In this document: piece by piece, positions 22,182 to 36,870 of the stretch | How positions within the stretch are numbered: position 1 is the stretch's first letter | Layout: every line of letters starts with the position of its first letter | Origin: Schmidtea polychroa | Taxonomy: Eukaryota | NCBI GenBank assembly: GCA_044892525.1 | Contig: CM097885.1 | Location: 39,434,001-39,494,000 of the forward strand | Direction: 5' to 3' | Length of the DNA stretch: 60,000 nucleotides | Notes under the pieces: generated by a model | Database searches by the model: none | Seen by the model: the letters and a program-made list of their open reading frames with translations, nothing else | What the model was told of the DNA's origin: nothing | Position numbers and translations under genes: made by a program

Positions 22182-22667
22182 TCAACCCGGCTTGTTGGTA
22201 GAGCTGGCCAACCCCGTCGTAGACGCTTGCGATGAATTTGCTTGCCGCTCGTACTCGGCCAGACTGGCCTTCTTCAATTTTTCCCGAATGTTTCGCCCAA
22301 GCCGTTTTCTTTTGGGCTTATTTTCGGCGGCTGGGGGATATATCGCCGCGAGTTCAACGGTCAGTGGCTGGATTTGTCTTGCCACGGCCTCTTGCACCAC
22401 CTGCTCATTTCGCTCGGTCTCGAGTGCCCGCACCTGCAATTTCAGGGCGCGGATCTCCATTTGGTCCTGAGCGGCCTGTGTTTGTAGCTGGAGGATCTGG
22501 GCAGTTTTCTTCTTCATCGCTTCGGGACTAAACCAGGTCCCCTCGAACTCCCGGCATTTCCCTTTCAATTTGTCCACTCGGACTCGGAGTTCGTCAGCAC
22601 GTTTCTGAGCCTGCTCTCGATCTTTACGCAGGTTCTCCATTAGCTTGTACACTAAAAGGAGTCTCAT
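22182..22667 (-). CDS. LTR-encoded coiled-coil protein (copy 2)
   Basis: Identical protein. Confidence 0.7.
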   Translation of the reverse strand: MRLLLVYKLMENLRKDREQAQKRADELRVRVDKLKGKCREFEGTWFSPEAMKKKTAQILQLQTQAAQDQMEIRALKLQVRALETERNEQVVQEAVARQIQPLTVELAAIYPPAAENKPKRKRLGRNIREKLKKASLAEYERQANSSQASTTGLASSTNKPG

Positions 22668-23953
22668 TAGTTTTGTTTATACCAAAAAAAATTTTATAGA
22701 ATAAATTATTGGTAAGATTAAATAATATTGTTATTCGCGCTTATCGCTAGGCCATTTTTATAACCCCTCCATCTACCAACTGACTCATGCAACCAACAGA
22801 AAGGAAGAATACTTTACGTAAGAACAACCACTCTACGGTTTCTAATACTCAACTATGATACTAATAAAATCGACTAAATCAAAATACTTTATTTAAACAC
22901 AAACACTTGACGATATCTAATACTAAGGGAATAGACTAGGTTATGTTAATTGTCCTCCAATAATCACGACTAATGTTTGCGGGGCCGCTTGGTCTCGAGC
23001 CTCCTGCAACCGGTTATTCTTCGGCTCCACCTTCACCCATGCCGGGGCATCCGCTTCGGGGCCCGTCCGGATTACTCGAGCTGACCCCACCGATGTATAT
23101 GGTACCAGATGTACCGGGTCCGGAGACGGGTGATCGTCTGCTGGTCAGTACCCTCGTCACTGCTAGAGCTAGATTGCGACATGTCTGTAATATAAATATT
23201 AAGACCCGTGTATAGCCCGTGTGGCTTATAAATTTAAAGTACGATAAAATATACAACATTTTATTCACCAAAAGTTATTTACCACTAGTTGGTAATTTAA
23301 AAATTCTTATGTCAATTCTTTGCCATTTTCTGGAAATTATCGAATTACTACTGAATTCGGGCACGCCGGGGTGATGGGTATTAGCGACGAGCTTAGTTTC
23401 TCGTTTGCTTACCTCTCCATTGGTTGTGTTCGTCATGAGTGGTACAGTCGACTTTCATGCATTTGAGGTAATTCATTTATTTACCGTAAATTTTGATTCC
23501 CAGGAATGTTGGATGATAACTTTTCCTGGTTGGAGATGGATGAGCCTAGTTTTGGGAGATCATCCTACGATTCATAATTTTTGATTCTTAGTGGCTTGGT
23601 AATATGATTTGTTGTTCATAATAAAAGAAAAATCTTATGTTTTTATTAATAGTAATTTAATCTTCTAATAAACGAAGTTATATATTTGCCATTCATTCAG
23701 GATTTAAAGGGGGTAGTTTATATGTTGGATCAGGTACTCTCACCCATATCCTCAGCTAACCTAGATGGTGTTAACATTTTCTAGGGGAGGGGTGTTGCTA
23801 AAAATAACTTTCTAGTATTTCAGACATTCCTATTAGTTCAAAAAGGTTGATTCCAAATTTAACTCCGGGGGGAAATCCTAAATCAATATTTGATTTAGAT
23901 TTTTATTTTTGTGAACTACAACTTATGAATAGGGACAATGATAGTATTAGCGA

Positions 23954-24006
23954 TGATAATAACGACAATAATAATAATAATAGTAATAATGATAATAATA
24001 ATAATA

Positions 24007-24040
<34 letters not shown>

Positions 24041-24252
24041 GATTAATAATAATAATAATAATAATAATAGCAATATTAATAGTAATATTGATGGTAGTAA
24101 TGATGATAATAATAATGATAATAATAATAATAATAGTAATAATAATAATAATAGTAATATTAATGATAACATTAATGGTAATAATGATAATAATAATAAT
24201 AATAATAATCATAATGATAATAAGGATAATATCAATTATAATATTGATAGTG

Positions 24253-24283
<31 letters not shown>

Positions 24284-24325
24284 GAATAATAAGAATAAAG
24301 ATGATACTGATACTAATAATAATAA
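23954..24325. repeat. Imperfect (AAT)n microsatellite (copy 2)
   Basis: As copy 1. Confidence 0.97.
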
Positions 24326-27300
24326 TGGTGACGATTTAGAATGATAACTGGAAATATAATCACTCTCAATTCATACTTTATAATTTTAACAAAACTAATT
24401 TACATTTCTAATTTTAACGTCGAATGCTTCGATGTAAGCTATGGTAGCTACTTGTACTTTATATCTTCATGGTCAAATTTTGATTATAGCTAATTATAAT
24501 TCATTTCTACATTTATACTTTGTAGTTATACCTAGGTACAAATTATATTTTATAATACGACTTTACCTCAAATTATTCGTATTCCCTACTCTTATAGTTA
24601 GAACTTATAATTATTTATAATTTATATTCCTAAATATTTTATATATAACTAATTATAATTTATAACTTTATATTTTATAATTTATAATTTTATATTTTGT
24701 AGTTTATAAATTTATATTTTATAATTGCCAATTTTACATTTTATAATTTATAGTTTTTAATTTTTTTCAATTTATAAGTTTATATTCTATAATTTCTAAC
24801 TTTATATTTTATAATTTTATGTTTTTCAATTTATGAGTTTGTACTTTGAAATTTTACGTTTTCTATTTACAATTTCGTAGTTTGTAATCTATAAATTTAT
24901 ATTTTATAATCCGTAATTTTATGCTTTATAAAGAGTAATTCTAGGTTCTACAATTTATCATTTTATTACTTCACCACTCGTCATTTCATAATTCAGGGTT
25001 TATAATTTTATAGTCGACTCGTATACTTCTTTATGAGTACCCTTTTTGATCAATATTGTCTTCTAAAATTATTCGCAGATTTCTTGGTACTATTAGCGTA
25101 TAATTTCAGAATATTGACGAGTCTACAGTCTATACAAAACTAGTTCTAAGTTAATTGATCCTTATGCTAAAATTTATTTACTATTATCCCCATCTGAAAC
25201 TTATTATCAAGACTTCTCCATTATCAATTTATATTTTCAGGGTCGATATAATTTATATCTTAAATCTCATAATTATCTAAAACTTGCATTTTGACTATAA
25301 TTAGCAAATTTTATAATAAGTACTTATATCTTTATAAATATTTAAGATGGGCGCTTGAATTAATAGATCTGTAATTTAATCGGTTAGATTTGTAATATCT
25401 ATAGGTAGATTGAATTTATTCGCATAGTAATTAATCTCGAAGTCCCAACTAGATGAGGTTATACCCACACATATGCCGGACACTTTATCATTTCTATTAC
25501 TTGAGTTACTACAAATTTCTATTACCAAAATCGGATTCGGCATATGTCTAAGTACAACTGGAATGGCTATTATTGATCCACCGACTTCATTAAGGTGATT
25601 GTGTAAGGTTAGGTATGAGTTCTACTCAGATTAAGACCTTATTGTAGAGATATTTGACATTGATTTTTAATGTTGATTTTAAATTTGTATTACGTACAAA
25701 GTCGGGAAGAATATTGCTTCCATGGCCCCACTGTGACCACTTCCACAAACCTTAGTGTTGAGTGTTGAGTCAACCATTTACGGTCGACCTTACATAAATA
25801 CAAAGAGTCAGACGGAGGGTTTCCTCGACCTAACTCCGTGGCAGAACCACAAAGTAGTTCGACCTTCGAAGGACCCGAACAAAAGAAATCATATAGTATC
25901 GATCAATATAGTACGAATAATGCATGTTGGTAGGTTGCATAAAAATTTTATTCGATATCTTCCAATGCAGGACGGAATAGCGACGCACCGTGACGCCGCT
26001 GATCAGTCATATTTATCTAAATAACAACGAATTTAGTAAGAATAATTTAATTATAGAATGGTGTTCATTAAAATGGTTACATACATGGTTAACATAAAAA
26101 CAATGCAATCAAAAAATACCTACTATCAGTTTCCTTCAAAATTTGGTCAACAAAAAATTTTGGCATAAATGACTAAATTATGCCCGAAACGTGTCGGTAT
26201 ATATACCTATTTTGTACACGTGTATGTATTGATACAGTAAAACAAACTCGAATTCTTTTTATTCCAGAATTTTCTATTTAGCGATTTTGCTATTTTTAAT
26301 GGCAATTTTTGTGCCATAATTTTTGTTTTTATTTTTATATTTTTAATTTTTAATTATTTTTCGTTAATTTGCCGTCCATGATGGATTTGGAACGGTTCCA
26401 GAACATTCTATTTTACTTTTAATTTAATTTTTATTCTAACTGATGTTTTGTGAATTTCTTTTTAAGATTTATTATTTTTAATACTAATTTATTTATTTTC
26501 TCTAACTTTTATTGTTCTAGTGGCTATTGTGATGGTCATCGCCATTTTAATGTAATGTTCTGGGTTTTTCTTGAATTTTTTCGGTTTTTATCGTCTTTTA
26601 AGTTGTTCGAGTCTGTTTTATGCTTATCTGTGTTTATTTGGTTGTTTTTGAGTTCTATTTTTGCATCACTTCTTGCTTTTGGATAATTTTATTTAATTTC
26701 TGTGTTAATGTTTTTTGTAGTTTTTCCTTTAATTACTATTGTTTATTTGATGTAATTTTAATATTTAACTCTACTTTGTGCTTTTTTACTTGCTGTGTAC
26801 CTACAAATTTCGGTCATAATTAGAAGTTTGGGTCTAGAAATCAGTTCTAGCCCAACACTACTATCATCATCCAGCAATATAATCAGTACAAAGTTTTCAC
26901 ACTCCTACTCCGGCATTCATCTGTTTCATATATTTTAAGACTATTTCTCGCCTGATATCAGGACAGTACATGCCTAAATCTGTTAATGATTGAAGGAACT
27001 GTTTTAACTGGTATTGTGACTTCCTTACCCAAAAGTAAAATCAGGCGAAACTGGAAGAAATGAGCTGGTAAATCTGCATTTGAATGTAAAATAAAATTGA
27101 AATAGTTAACTTATCAAGCATCATTGGGGCTTTATAAATGTTTAAGATCCATAAAATCATCTGCAAGTGGTATATTTCTTTGAGTAAGAATATTTGAAAG
27201 TGAAAGTCGAATCAGCAAATGTAAAATTTATTAAATATATATAAACCAATAAAATTAATTAAAATTCCAATAAATTTCAAAAGATTCGCTATGAATGTAT

Positions 27301-27348
27301 CCATATATTAAATAAACCAACTCCTATAAAACTAACAATATAATACAA

Positions 27349-28284
27349 ATGGTTAAAAAAGTTTGGAAAAGCGTTAATGTCGATTTTACGATAAAAAGCA
27401 ACAATAACATAATTGAGAATTCGGAAATTAGCGAAAATAATACAACGATTACTGCTGAATTGAGAAAAGCTTTGCCAACAACAACACATGCCAATCGTCA
27501 ACTTGAAGAAGTTAATAAACTACCAATCGATGGTCCATTTTATTTGGCATTTTCTAATCTGAATTTTGATGTTGATGAAGAGTGCATTAGAAATCTGTTT
27601 AAAGGTTTAGATTTGGTGGATATTTATTTCAATCCGAGAAAGCGAGGAACTGGCAATATAGAATTCAGAAGTTTGGACAATTTGAAATCGGCGTTGGAAT
27701 TTAATGGACAAGTTTTCGTCGGTAGAGCAATTAATTTGACATTAATCACGGACATAGACAAAGAAAAGAAATTTAACACATTTCTAGATAAGAATGGTTG
27801 TTTTCACAAAGATGAAAAGAAATCTAAAGCAGATGAATCTGAAAATTGGAGAAGTAAGAAAGTTGTTGAAAGGAAAGAAACAAAACCAAGTGATAGCGAT
27901 AATTGGAGAGTAAAGAAAAATGTTGAAATGAAAGAAACCAAGCCAAGTAATAGTAATAATTGGAGAGTAAAGAAAACTATTGAAATGAAAGAAACTAAGC
28001 CAAGTGATAGCGATAATTGGAGAGTAAAGACAAATGTTGAAATGAAAGTATTCAAACCGAGATATAACAATAATTGGAGAGAAAAGAAAAGTGTTGAAAT
28101 GAAAGAAACAAAACCTAGTGATAGTGATAATTGGAGAATAAAGAAAGATGTTAAAGTAACAGAATCAAAAGACTGTAGCAGTGGAACACAGAGAATTACA
28201 AATATGCGTGATACCAAAACAGAAAATCTTCGAGAAAACAAAACAGCCGAAAAAGAAAATTCTTGGAGATTAGTTAAAAAATAA
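27349..28284 (+). CDS. eIF4B: eIF4B-like RRM/NWR-repeat protein (consensus)
   Basis: Intact 311-aa array copy. Confidence 0.8.
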   Translation: MVKKVWKSVNVDFTIKSNNNIIENSEISENNTTITAELRKALPTTTHANRQLEEVNKLPIDGPFYLAFSNLNFDVDEECIRNLFKGLDLVDIYFNPRKRGTGNIEFRSLDNLKSALEFNGQVFVGRAINLTLITDIDKEKKFNTFLDKNGCFHKDEKKSKADESENWRSKKVVERKETKPSDSDNWRVKKNVEMKETKPSNSNNWRVKKTIEMKETKPSDSDNWRVKTNVEMKVFKPRYNNNWREKKSVEMKETKPSDSDNWRIKKDVKVTESKDCSSGTQRITNMRDTKTENLRENKTAEKENSWRLVKK

Positions 28285-30974
28285 ATTTTTCCTTTCTATA
28301 TTTGTTTAATATTATGATTGTTGTTTTTTCTTTAGAGTGTTTAATATATTTATTTTTCAATGTAAAATGTTTGATATATATCTTTAATATTAAATTGTAT
28401 TTTTATGATAGTAGTTTGTTTGCAAAATTGATAATGAGAAAGTACATAAATCTCTATTTTATTTTTGTTATGATAGAACATTTTAAGGATACGTTTGAAA
28501 TTATATTTATCAATAAAAATTAAAATTTCTAAGTTATTCTATTATTAAACAAAATTTATATTGTAATTAAAATCAATTTCATAATTTTAATAAAATAATA
28601 GACCTAGAAAATTTCGAAAGATAGGGAAATAGAATGTAAGTAATTATATTTATTACTCATTATTTAGTCAACTTTCATGTTATAGATAATAGTTGACATA
28701 TGTTTAGATAATTGATTTTTATTTTTTTCATTGAAAGGTCAGATTTGGTCTATGATTACCGTATGTGTGCGTGTGTAAGTAACTGAGTGATAAGGTTACT
28801 GTTACTTGACACCCAACAAAAAACATTTATGACGTCACTACACAGGTATGCAATATTGAGTATTATATATTTTTTACAATTAACAGTCAAACATATTAGT
28901 TTTGCAAATTGAATTCACAAGCTAGGATTGATTGAATATTAAAAATATGTTGCAGTTGAAATCAGATTATGGTGAATATTTATAGGATGACTTTTATTAT
29001 AGTATTTAATTTTATTCAAAACAATTTCTATTTTAACGCATAGATAAAATTCAAAAAACTTTGACAAATAACTATTATGTCATTGAATTAGTTTTCATAA
29101 AATATTATTATATATGAATATTAATAGACAATCTATGTATTATTTTATGAAAGTTAATTAATAGCAGCTTAAAAATACTCAAAGACCTTTCCTAATGTTA
29201 TTGAACACCAATAAAACATCATTTATTCCATTTCAAAAATTAAATATTTTTACTCTTATTTGAAATAAACTCAATGGTAGTTTATTAAGTACGTGACATA
29301 GCATTTTATTTATTTCATTATAAAGCTCTTTTCGTTTCTTGAAACCTTGATAATTTATCTTAATATGTTGGCTTAATTTAATAAATTTCGATCTATCTTG
29401 ACTCTTATTATCGGTAGATTTAACATTTGTCGACATCAAAATAAAGTCATAAGAATCAAGAATCATTGAATTAAGAGAAATCTTTTTATATTTTCTTTAT
29501 ATGATATTATTTTATTTGAATAAAGGAAATGCTTATAAGCTAAAATTATATTAGATCATGATTCAATTTGTCCAAATTGCCAAATTGCGACCAACTAACG
29601 ACTTATTGGACAGATAATTATATGATGATGAAATGTTGTCAAACTACTTCTGTATTTGATGATTTTGTAATATTTAGGTCTCACTATTTGAGAATCTCAA
29701 CTCTACTGGTTTTTATATAAATATAAATAAAGAACACAGGTTTTTATATAAATGTTTATTTAAAATTTCAAAAATTACCAAATGAGAAATCGAAATTTGC
29801 AAAAATGATCTTCTAAAATTGTAACTTTCACTGGATAATTACTAATTTATTTTCACTGCAAAATGCTAGCTAATTGTGTGGTTTTTTTATGTTGTGTAGT
29901 GCTTGTTGTGTTAATTTTAAATCAATTAAATAAGGCTTCTATAGAGAGTTTTTGTCTGGTCTGTGTTTAAATATTTACGAAGCATTAAACTTTGAAAACT
30001 CTTCTTGGAGCAAATATTTGGCGAATTAAATGATTTTCTTCGCGCCTATTTATATCAACATTTTTCAATAAAAATAAAATATGATTATTTCCTGCTTATA
30101 CGCACTGAATAGTAATATTAAATATTATATCTACATATTTTGTTCTTTATAGATTGCGTGCTATAATAAAGATATGTTTTTCTTAAATTATAATTATAAT
30201 ATAACATTAATTTTTTGAAATATAATAAATTTAATAGTAATTTTTCCTTGCGTTAAAATAAGTTAATTATAACGTAGAATAAAGATTATTGTACAGATAA
30301 TTAGCATAACCTGATTAAATATAAAATAGTCAATTATATACAATATAGTCTCTACAAGATAGATTGGATTTGTGGGTCTTCTTTCTTATTAGACTTATTG
30401 CCTCGCTTCTGCATATACGTTGACCATTTAACCTTTAGACTCTGTCTTATTATTATTTGTTAGGGACGAATGTGGTGATGTGCCTACTATCATCATCCAG
30501 CAATATAATCAGTACAAAGTTTTCACACTCCTACTCCGGCATTCATCTGTTTCATATATTTAAAGACTATTTCTCGCCTGATATCAGGACAGTACATGCC
30601 AAAATCTGTTAATGATTGAAGGAATTGTTTTAACTGGTATTGTGACTTCCTTACCCAAAAGTAAAATCAGGCGAAACTGGAAGAAATGAGCTGGTAAATC
30701 TGCATTTGAATGTAAAATAAAATTGAAATAGTTAACTTATCAAGCATCATTGGGGCTTTATAAATGTTTAAGATCCATAAAATCATCTGCAAGTGGTATA
30801 TTTCTTTGAGTAAGAATATTTGAAAGTGAAAGTCGAATCAGCAAATGTAAAATTTATTAAATATATATAAACCAATAAAATTAATTAAAATTCCAATAAA
30901 TTTCAAAAGATTCGCTATGAATGTATCCATATATTAAATAAACCAACTCCTATAAAACTAACAATATAATACAA

Positions 30975-31910
30975 ATGGTTAAAAAAGTTTGGAAAAGCGT
31001 TAATGTCGATTTTACGATAAAAAGCAACAATAACATAATTGAGAATTCGGAAATTAGCGAAAATAATACAACGATTACTGCTGAATTGAGAAAAGCTTTG
31101 CCAACAACAACACATGCCAATCGTCAACTTGAAGAAGTTAATAAACTACCAATCGATGGTCCATTTTATTTGGCATTTTCTAATCTGAATTTTGATGTTG
31201 ATGAAGAGTGCATTAGAAATCTGTTTAAAGGTTTAGATTTGGTGGATATTTATTTCAATCCGAGAAAGCGAGGAACTGGCAATATAGAATTCAGAAGTTT
31301 GGACAATTTGAAATCGGCGTTGGAATTTAATGGACAAGTTTTCGTCGGTAGAGCAATTAATTTGACATTAATCACGGACATAGACAAAGAAAAGAAATTT
31401 AACACATTTCTAGATAAGAATGGTTGTTTTCACAAAGATGAAAAGAAATCTAAAGCAGATGAATCTGAAAATTGGAGAAGTAAGAAAGTTGTTGAAAGGA
31501 AAGAAACAAAACCAAGTGATAGCGATAATTGGAGAGTAAAGAAAAATGTTGAAATGAAAGAAACCAAGCCAAGTAATAGTAATAATTGGAGAGTAAAGAA
31601 AACTATTGAAATGAAAGAAACTAAGCCAAGTGATAACGATAATTGGAGAGTAAAGACAAATGTTGAAATGAAAGTATTCAAACCGAGATATAACAATAAT
31701 TGGAGAGAAAAGAAAAGTGTTGAAATGAAAGAAACAAAACCTAGTGATAGTGATAATTGGAGAATAAAGAAAGATGTTAAAGTAACAGAATCAAAAGACT
31801 GTAGCAGTGGAACACAGAGAATTACAAATATGCGTGATACCAAAACAGAAAATCTTCGAGAAAACAAAACAGCCGAAAAAGAAAATTCTTGGAGATTAGT
31901 TAAAAAATAA
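30975..31910 (+). CDS. eIF4B: eIF4B-like RRM/NWR-repeat protein (S221N variant)
   Basis: Intact 311-aa array copy. Confidence 0.8.
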   Translation: MVKKVWKSVNVDFTIKSNNNIIENSEISENNTTITAELRKALPTTTHANRQLEEVNKLPIDGPFYLAFSNLNFDVDEECIRNLFKGLDLVDIYFNPRKRGTGNIEFRSLDNLKSALEFNGQVFVGRAINLTLITDIDKEKKFNTFLDKNGCFHKDEKKSKADESENWRSKKVVERKETKPSDSDNWRVKKNVEMKETKPSNSNNWRVKKTIEMKETKPSDNDNWRVKTNVEMKVFKPRYNNNWREKKSVEMKETKPSDSDNWRIKKDVKVTESKDCSSGTQRITNMRDTKTENLRENKTAEKENSWRLVKK

Positions 31911-34900
31911 ATTTTTCCTTTCTATATTTGTTTAATATTATGATTGTTGTTTTTTCTTTAGAGTGTTTAATATATTTATTTTTCAATGTAAAATGTTTGA
32001 TATATATCTTTAATATTAAATTGTATTTTTATGATAGTAGTTTGTTTGCAAAATTGATAATGAGAAAGTACATAAATCTCTATTTTATTTTTGTTATGAT
32101 AGAACATTTTAAGGATACGTTTGAAATTATATTTATCAATAAAAATTAAAATTTCTAAGTTATTCTATTATTAAACAAAATTTATATTGTAATTAAAATC
32201 AATTTCATAATTTTAATAAAATAATAGACCTAGAAAATTTCGAAAGATAGGGAAATAGAATGTAAGTAATTATATTTATTACTCATTATTTAGTCAACTT
32301 TCATGTTATAGATAATAGTTGACATATGTTTAGATAATTGATTTTTATTTTTTTCATTGAAAGGTCAGATTTGGTCTATGATTACCGTATGTGTGCGTGT
32401 GTAAGTAACTGAGTGATAAGGTTACTGTTACTTGACACCCAACAAAAAACATTTATGACGTCACTACACAGGTATGCAATATTGAGTATTATATATTTTT
32501 TACAATTAACAGTCAAACATATTAGTTTTGCAAATTGAATTCACAAGCTAGGATTGATTGAATATTAAAAATATGTTGCAGTTGAAATCAGATTATGGTG
32601 AATATTTATAGGATGACTTTTATTATAGTATTTAATTTTATTCAAAACAATTTCTATTTTAACGCATAGATAAAATTCAAAAAACTTTGACAAATAACTA
32701 TTATGTCATTGAATTAGTTTTCATAAAATATTATTATATATGAATATTAATAGACAATCTATGTATTATTTTATGAAAGTTAATTAATAGCAGCTTAAAA
32801 ATACTCAAAGACCTTTCCTAATGTTATTGAACACCAATAAAACATCATTTATTCCATTTCAAAAATTAAATATTTTTACTCTTATTTGAAATAAACTCAA
32901 TGGTAGTTTATTAAGTACGTGACATAGCATTTTATTTATTTCATTATAAAGCTCTTTTCGTTTCTTGAAACCTTGATAATTTATCTTAATATGTTGGCTT
33001 AATTTAATAAATTTCGATCTATCTTGACTCTTATTATCGGTAGATTTAACATTTGTCGACATCAAAATAAAGTCAAAAGAATCAAGAATCATTGAATTAA
33101 GAGAAATCTTTTTATATTTTCTTTATATGATATTATTTTATTTGAATAAAGGAAATGCTTATAAGCTAAAATTATATTAGATCATGATTCAATTTGTCCA
33201 AATTGCCAAATTGCGACCAACTAACGACTTATTGGACAGATAATTATATGATGATGAAATGTTGTCAAACTACTTCTGTATTTGATGATTTTGTAATATT
33301 TAGGTCTCACTATTTGAGAATCTCAACTCTACTGGTTTTTATATAAATATAAATAAAGAACACAGGTCTTTATATAAATGTTTATTTAAAATTTCAAAAA
33401 TTACCAAATGAGAAATCGAAATTTGCAAAAATGATCTTCTAAAATTGTAACTTTCACTGGATAATTACTAATTTATTTTCACTGCAAAATGCTAGCTAAT
33501 TGTGTGGTTTTTTTATGTTGTGTAGTGCTTGTTGTGTTAATTTTAAATCAATTAAATAAGGCTTCTGTAGAGAGTTTTTGTCTGGTCTGTGTTTAAATAT
33601 TTACGAAGCATTAAACTTTGAAAACTCTTCTTGGAGCAAATATTTGGCGAATTAAATGATTTTCTTCGCGCCTATTTATATCAACATTTTTCAATAAAAA
33701 TAAAATATGATTATTTCCTGCTTATACGCACTGAATAGTAATATTAAATATTATATCTACATATTTTGTTCTTTATAGATTGCGTGCTATAATAAAGATA
33801 TGTTTTTCTTAAATTATAATTATAATATAACATTAATTTTTTGAAATATAATAAATTTAATAGTAATTTTTCCTTGCGTTAAAATAAGTTAATTATAACG
33901 TAGAATAAAGATCTAGTTCGGGTCGTTTGAAATCGTCGCTGTTCTCAAATTCGTTAGTTAAACTGTCCGATTCAAATACTGTTTCTACTGATGCTGGTTT
34001 CTTGTGTAGTTTTCTGTTTTTCTTGGCTCTTTGTATCTCTTCCTTTTCCAATAAATTGAGGTTTCCTTTACTTTTTCGTCTAGTTCGGCTAGCTAAGCTA
34101 TCAATTTTTTCCTCCTTTTAATATCCTTTGATAAATTTTCTACTTCGTCGATTGAGCTTGATGTTTCCTAATTATTGTCTCGCTTTAATCTTTACGATTC
34201 TCTAATTCCTCTTGGATTTGGTTTTATTAGTTTCTTTGATTCTTCGCTTTTTGATTGATTTCTCTATATCTCTTGATTTCTATTGCTTTCTTGATTTTCT
34301 TGATTTCTTTCTGAATTCTTTGCTTTATTCTAAAATAATTAACACTTCTAGTACATATCATAAATTCTCTTTATTAAACCCTTCATTTACTTTCCATTTT
34401 CCCTTTATTTTACTGCTCCTTCGCTTCAAATTTTCTAGCTTTCCTACACTTCTCGTTATTCACCCCATTTTGATTTTAAGTCGATTTTAAATTATCTATA
34501 ACTCATATCAATTATCTATATAGTCATATCAATTATCTATCCCTTTTATAATCGTCATATAAATATAATATCAATCACATAAATATCAAAATAAACATAT
34601 CATTAATAAATAAAATTCAATAATTCAACTACTAGCTATTCGTTCGCTTTTCCCCATCCAAAACCTGGTTTTATGTTCTCTTGCGCCGGCGCTTTATCAT
34701 AATTTTCCTTTACTCATTATATATTTGTCGCACTTAATCTATTTCAATTTAATCAACTTCATTTTAATTATTGATGCTTTGGTACGCGCGACCTCTACAT
34801 CCACCTTTATTTACCATCGGCTCTCTGGCTGGTTTACTCAACTCACTAATTTCATTTAAATCATTTCGCTCAATTACCATCGGCTCCCTGGCCGGTTTAA

Positions 34901-36387
34901 TCAACTCATTTTAATCATAATTGAAGTCTTTTACGACTCCTAGACGCCTGGGCTTTTACACCATTACGCCGTATTCGCGGTCTTCGGTCCCTGACCGGTT
35001 TCAAATGCCCTAAATGAGGTTTCTTCAACCCCCAGACGCCTTCGGGTTTTACACCTACTATCGTCCCTACCGCGATTAAATTGAGTTGACAGTTGACTTT
35101 CGGGTTAATTAACAATTCAAGGCTCCTCCTACTCAAATTCCTAATTTGCTGAGGCCTCACAACTGGCTCAATTCTTAGCCGCTTATTGAAAAGAGTCTAA
35201 TACCGGTAACTCTAATCTCATCACCGTTTCACTGGGCCTATCGGTACTCGGTGTGGGCATCCGGGTTTTGTACCGACCCCGGCTAGCAATAATCACGAAG
35301 AAAAAACATCCTATCTGTCAGGATTTAAAAAACACGGAAATACCTAATCGCCTTGATCGTGATTCTCAAAAGTGATGAACCAGATCTCCCGACTAGTGAA
35401 GCTAAAGGGAAATTGGATATGCAGTTGACTCTCGGTCTCCCACCTCACAACTGGTCCAATCTTGGTTGCCTGTTGAGTACGAGTCCTTTACCGGTTGACT
35501 CGCATCTCACAACCGTTTCACTGGGCTCCTTGATACTCGGTGTAAGTAACTGGGTATCTCTCGCTCGCTACCCTTCCGGGTATTTGTATCAAGTCCCGCT
35601 AGCAACTCGAAAAAAGTGCGCCCAATACTCGGTGTGGTATCCGGGTTTTTGTATTGGGTGATCCAGCATCATCAGTCCCTTGGCTGATAATCTCCTGGAC
35701 ACTACAGTCCGGTGGTTAGCCGCTGTACTCGGGTGCCTCATCACTCGCTAGGGAAAAATCATTATTCCTCATCTGATTTGAAGTCCAAAAACGGTTTCTT
35801 CAAATCCGCAGCTGCTCTCGGATTAAATTTTTTAACATTTAGCGCGCGTTTTTCAATTTTTATTTTTATTTTTCTATTTTTATTCACCCTTTTTAGTTAG
35901 TCCCAGTCTCCCAGACAAAAAAAATATAATAATCGCGTTGGTTCATTTCCCACAAGTGGTGATCAGTCACTCGACAGAAACTCCCCAACATTTGCGATGG
36001 ATCCTACTACATTCTCTCGTCAGGGTGATCAGGATTTCCCCATTCGGGCAAGTGTCGTAAGGACGATTCACTTGTCATCCCCTCATTATCGTATCACTCT
36101 ATGCCAAAATAATAAAACAGGAAGGAAAGAAAATTGGAAATAAAAAATCGTACTGATCTTAGCGATCAGCTCATCCATACGACTATGATCAGTCCTGCAT
36201 TCAATTTTGATTTAGTTCTAATTGCTGTGTTGCTTGTCTATTTATTTAACGTATTTTGTGTCCTTTATATGTCTATGTTCATCGTATGTTTTATACCTTT
36301 CGGTTGCTATAATGGAATTTTTTAATATAATTTAATAATTTTATCACTTCATATTCATTCACAAGAAATTTATTTGACGACATCTCC

Positions 36388-36870
36388 TTACGGAATGTAT
36401 ATTACAATTTTCTCTCTAACATTCGTATCGCATACGTTGCATCGTTTAATTTTCTCTGCGCAATTCTCGCAGTAACATAAATGACCACATGGGATCGTCA
36501 TTACTCGTATTTCATTGATTCTGCACATGAAGCATTTTCTAAAATCTTTCACTTGACGTTCGATCGCTTCTTTAATTTCTTCTTCGATCGTCCCCATTTT
36601 CATCATTATCTCCTGCCATTTGATGTTAAATTTGGCATCATCTAATCGTAAATTTTGGATTTGATAAACTCTTTTAGTGGTCAATTCCGCATTAGGTGTT
36701 GCTATTTTCATCATTACACATATTTCCTCAGCTTGCGGTCTTGGATTCAAGCTCATCTCATCTTGGATTTTCACCAACTGGTCCGCTTTGCGATTTAGCC
36801 GTTGTAACGAATTGTGTGTTAAATCTACGAATTTTTCGAGTCTCTTTGTAATGTAGCCGGTTGATTCCAT
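36388..36870 (-). CDS. Coiled-coil + RING protein (copy 3)
   Basis: Identical protein. Confidence 0.88.
   Translation of the reverse strand: MESTGYITKRLEKFVDLTHNSLQRLNRKADQLVKIQDEMSLNPRPQAEEICVMMKIATPNAELTTKRVYQIQNLRLDDAKFNIKWQEIMMKMGTIEEEIKEAIERQVKDFRKCFMCRINEIRVMTIPCGHLCYCENCAEKIKRCNVCDTNVREKIVIYIP

Larger units (their letters stand above)
18113..26857 (-). mobile_element. 3'-truncated giant LTR retroelement, copy 2
   Basis: Same junctions and content as copy 1, offset +15798. Confidence 0.88.
21780..26857 (-). repeat. 5' LTR (copy 2)
   Basis: As copy 1. Confidence 0.8.
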
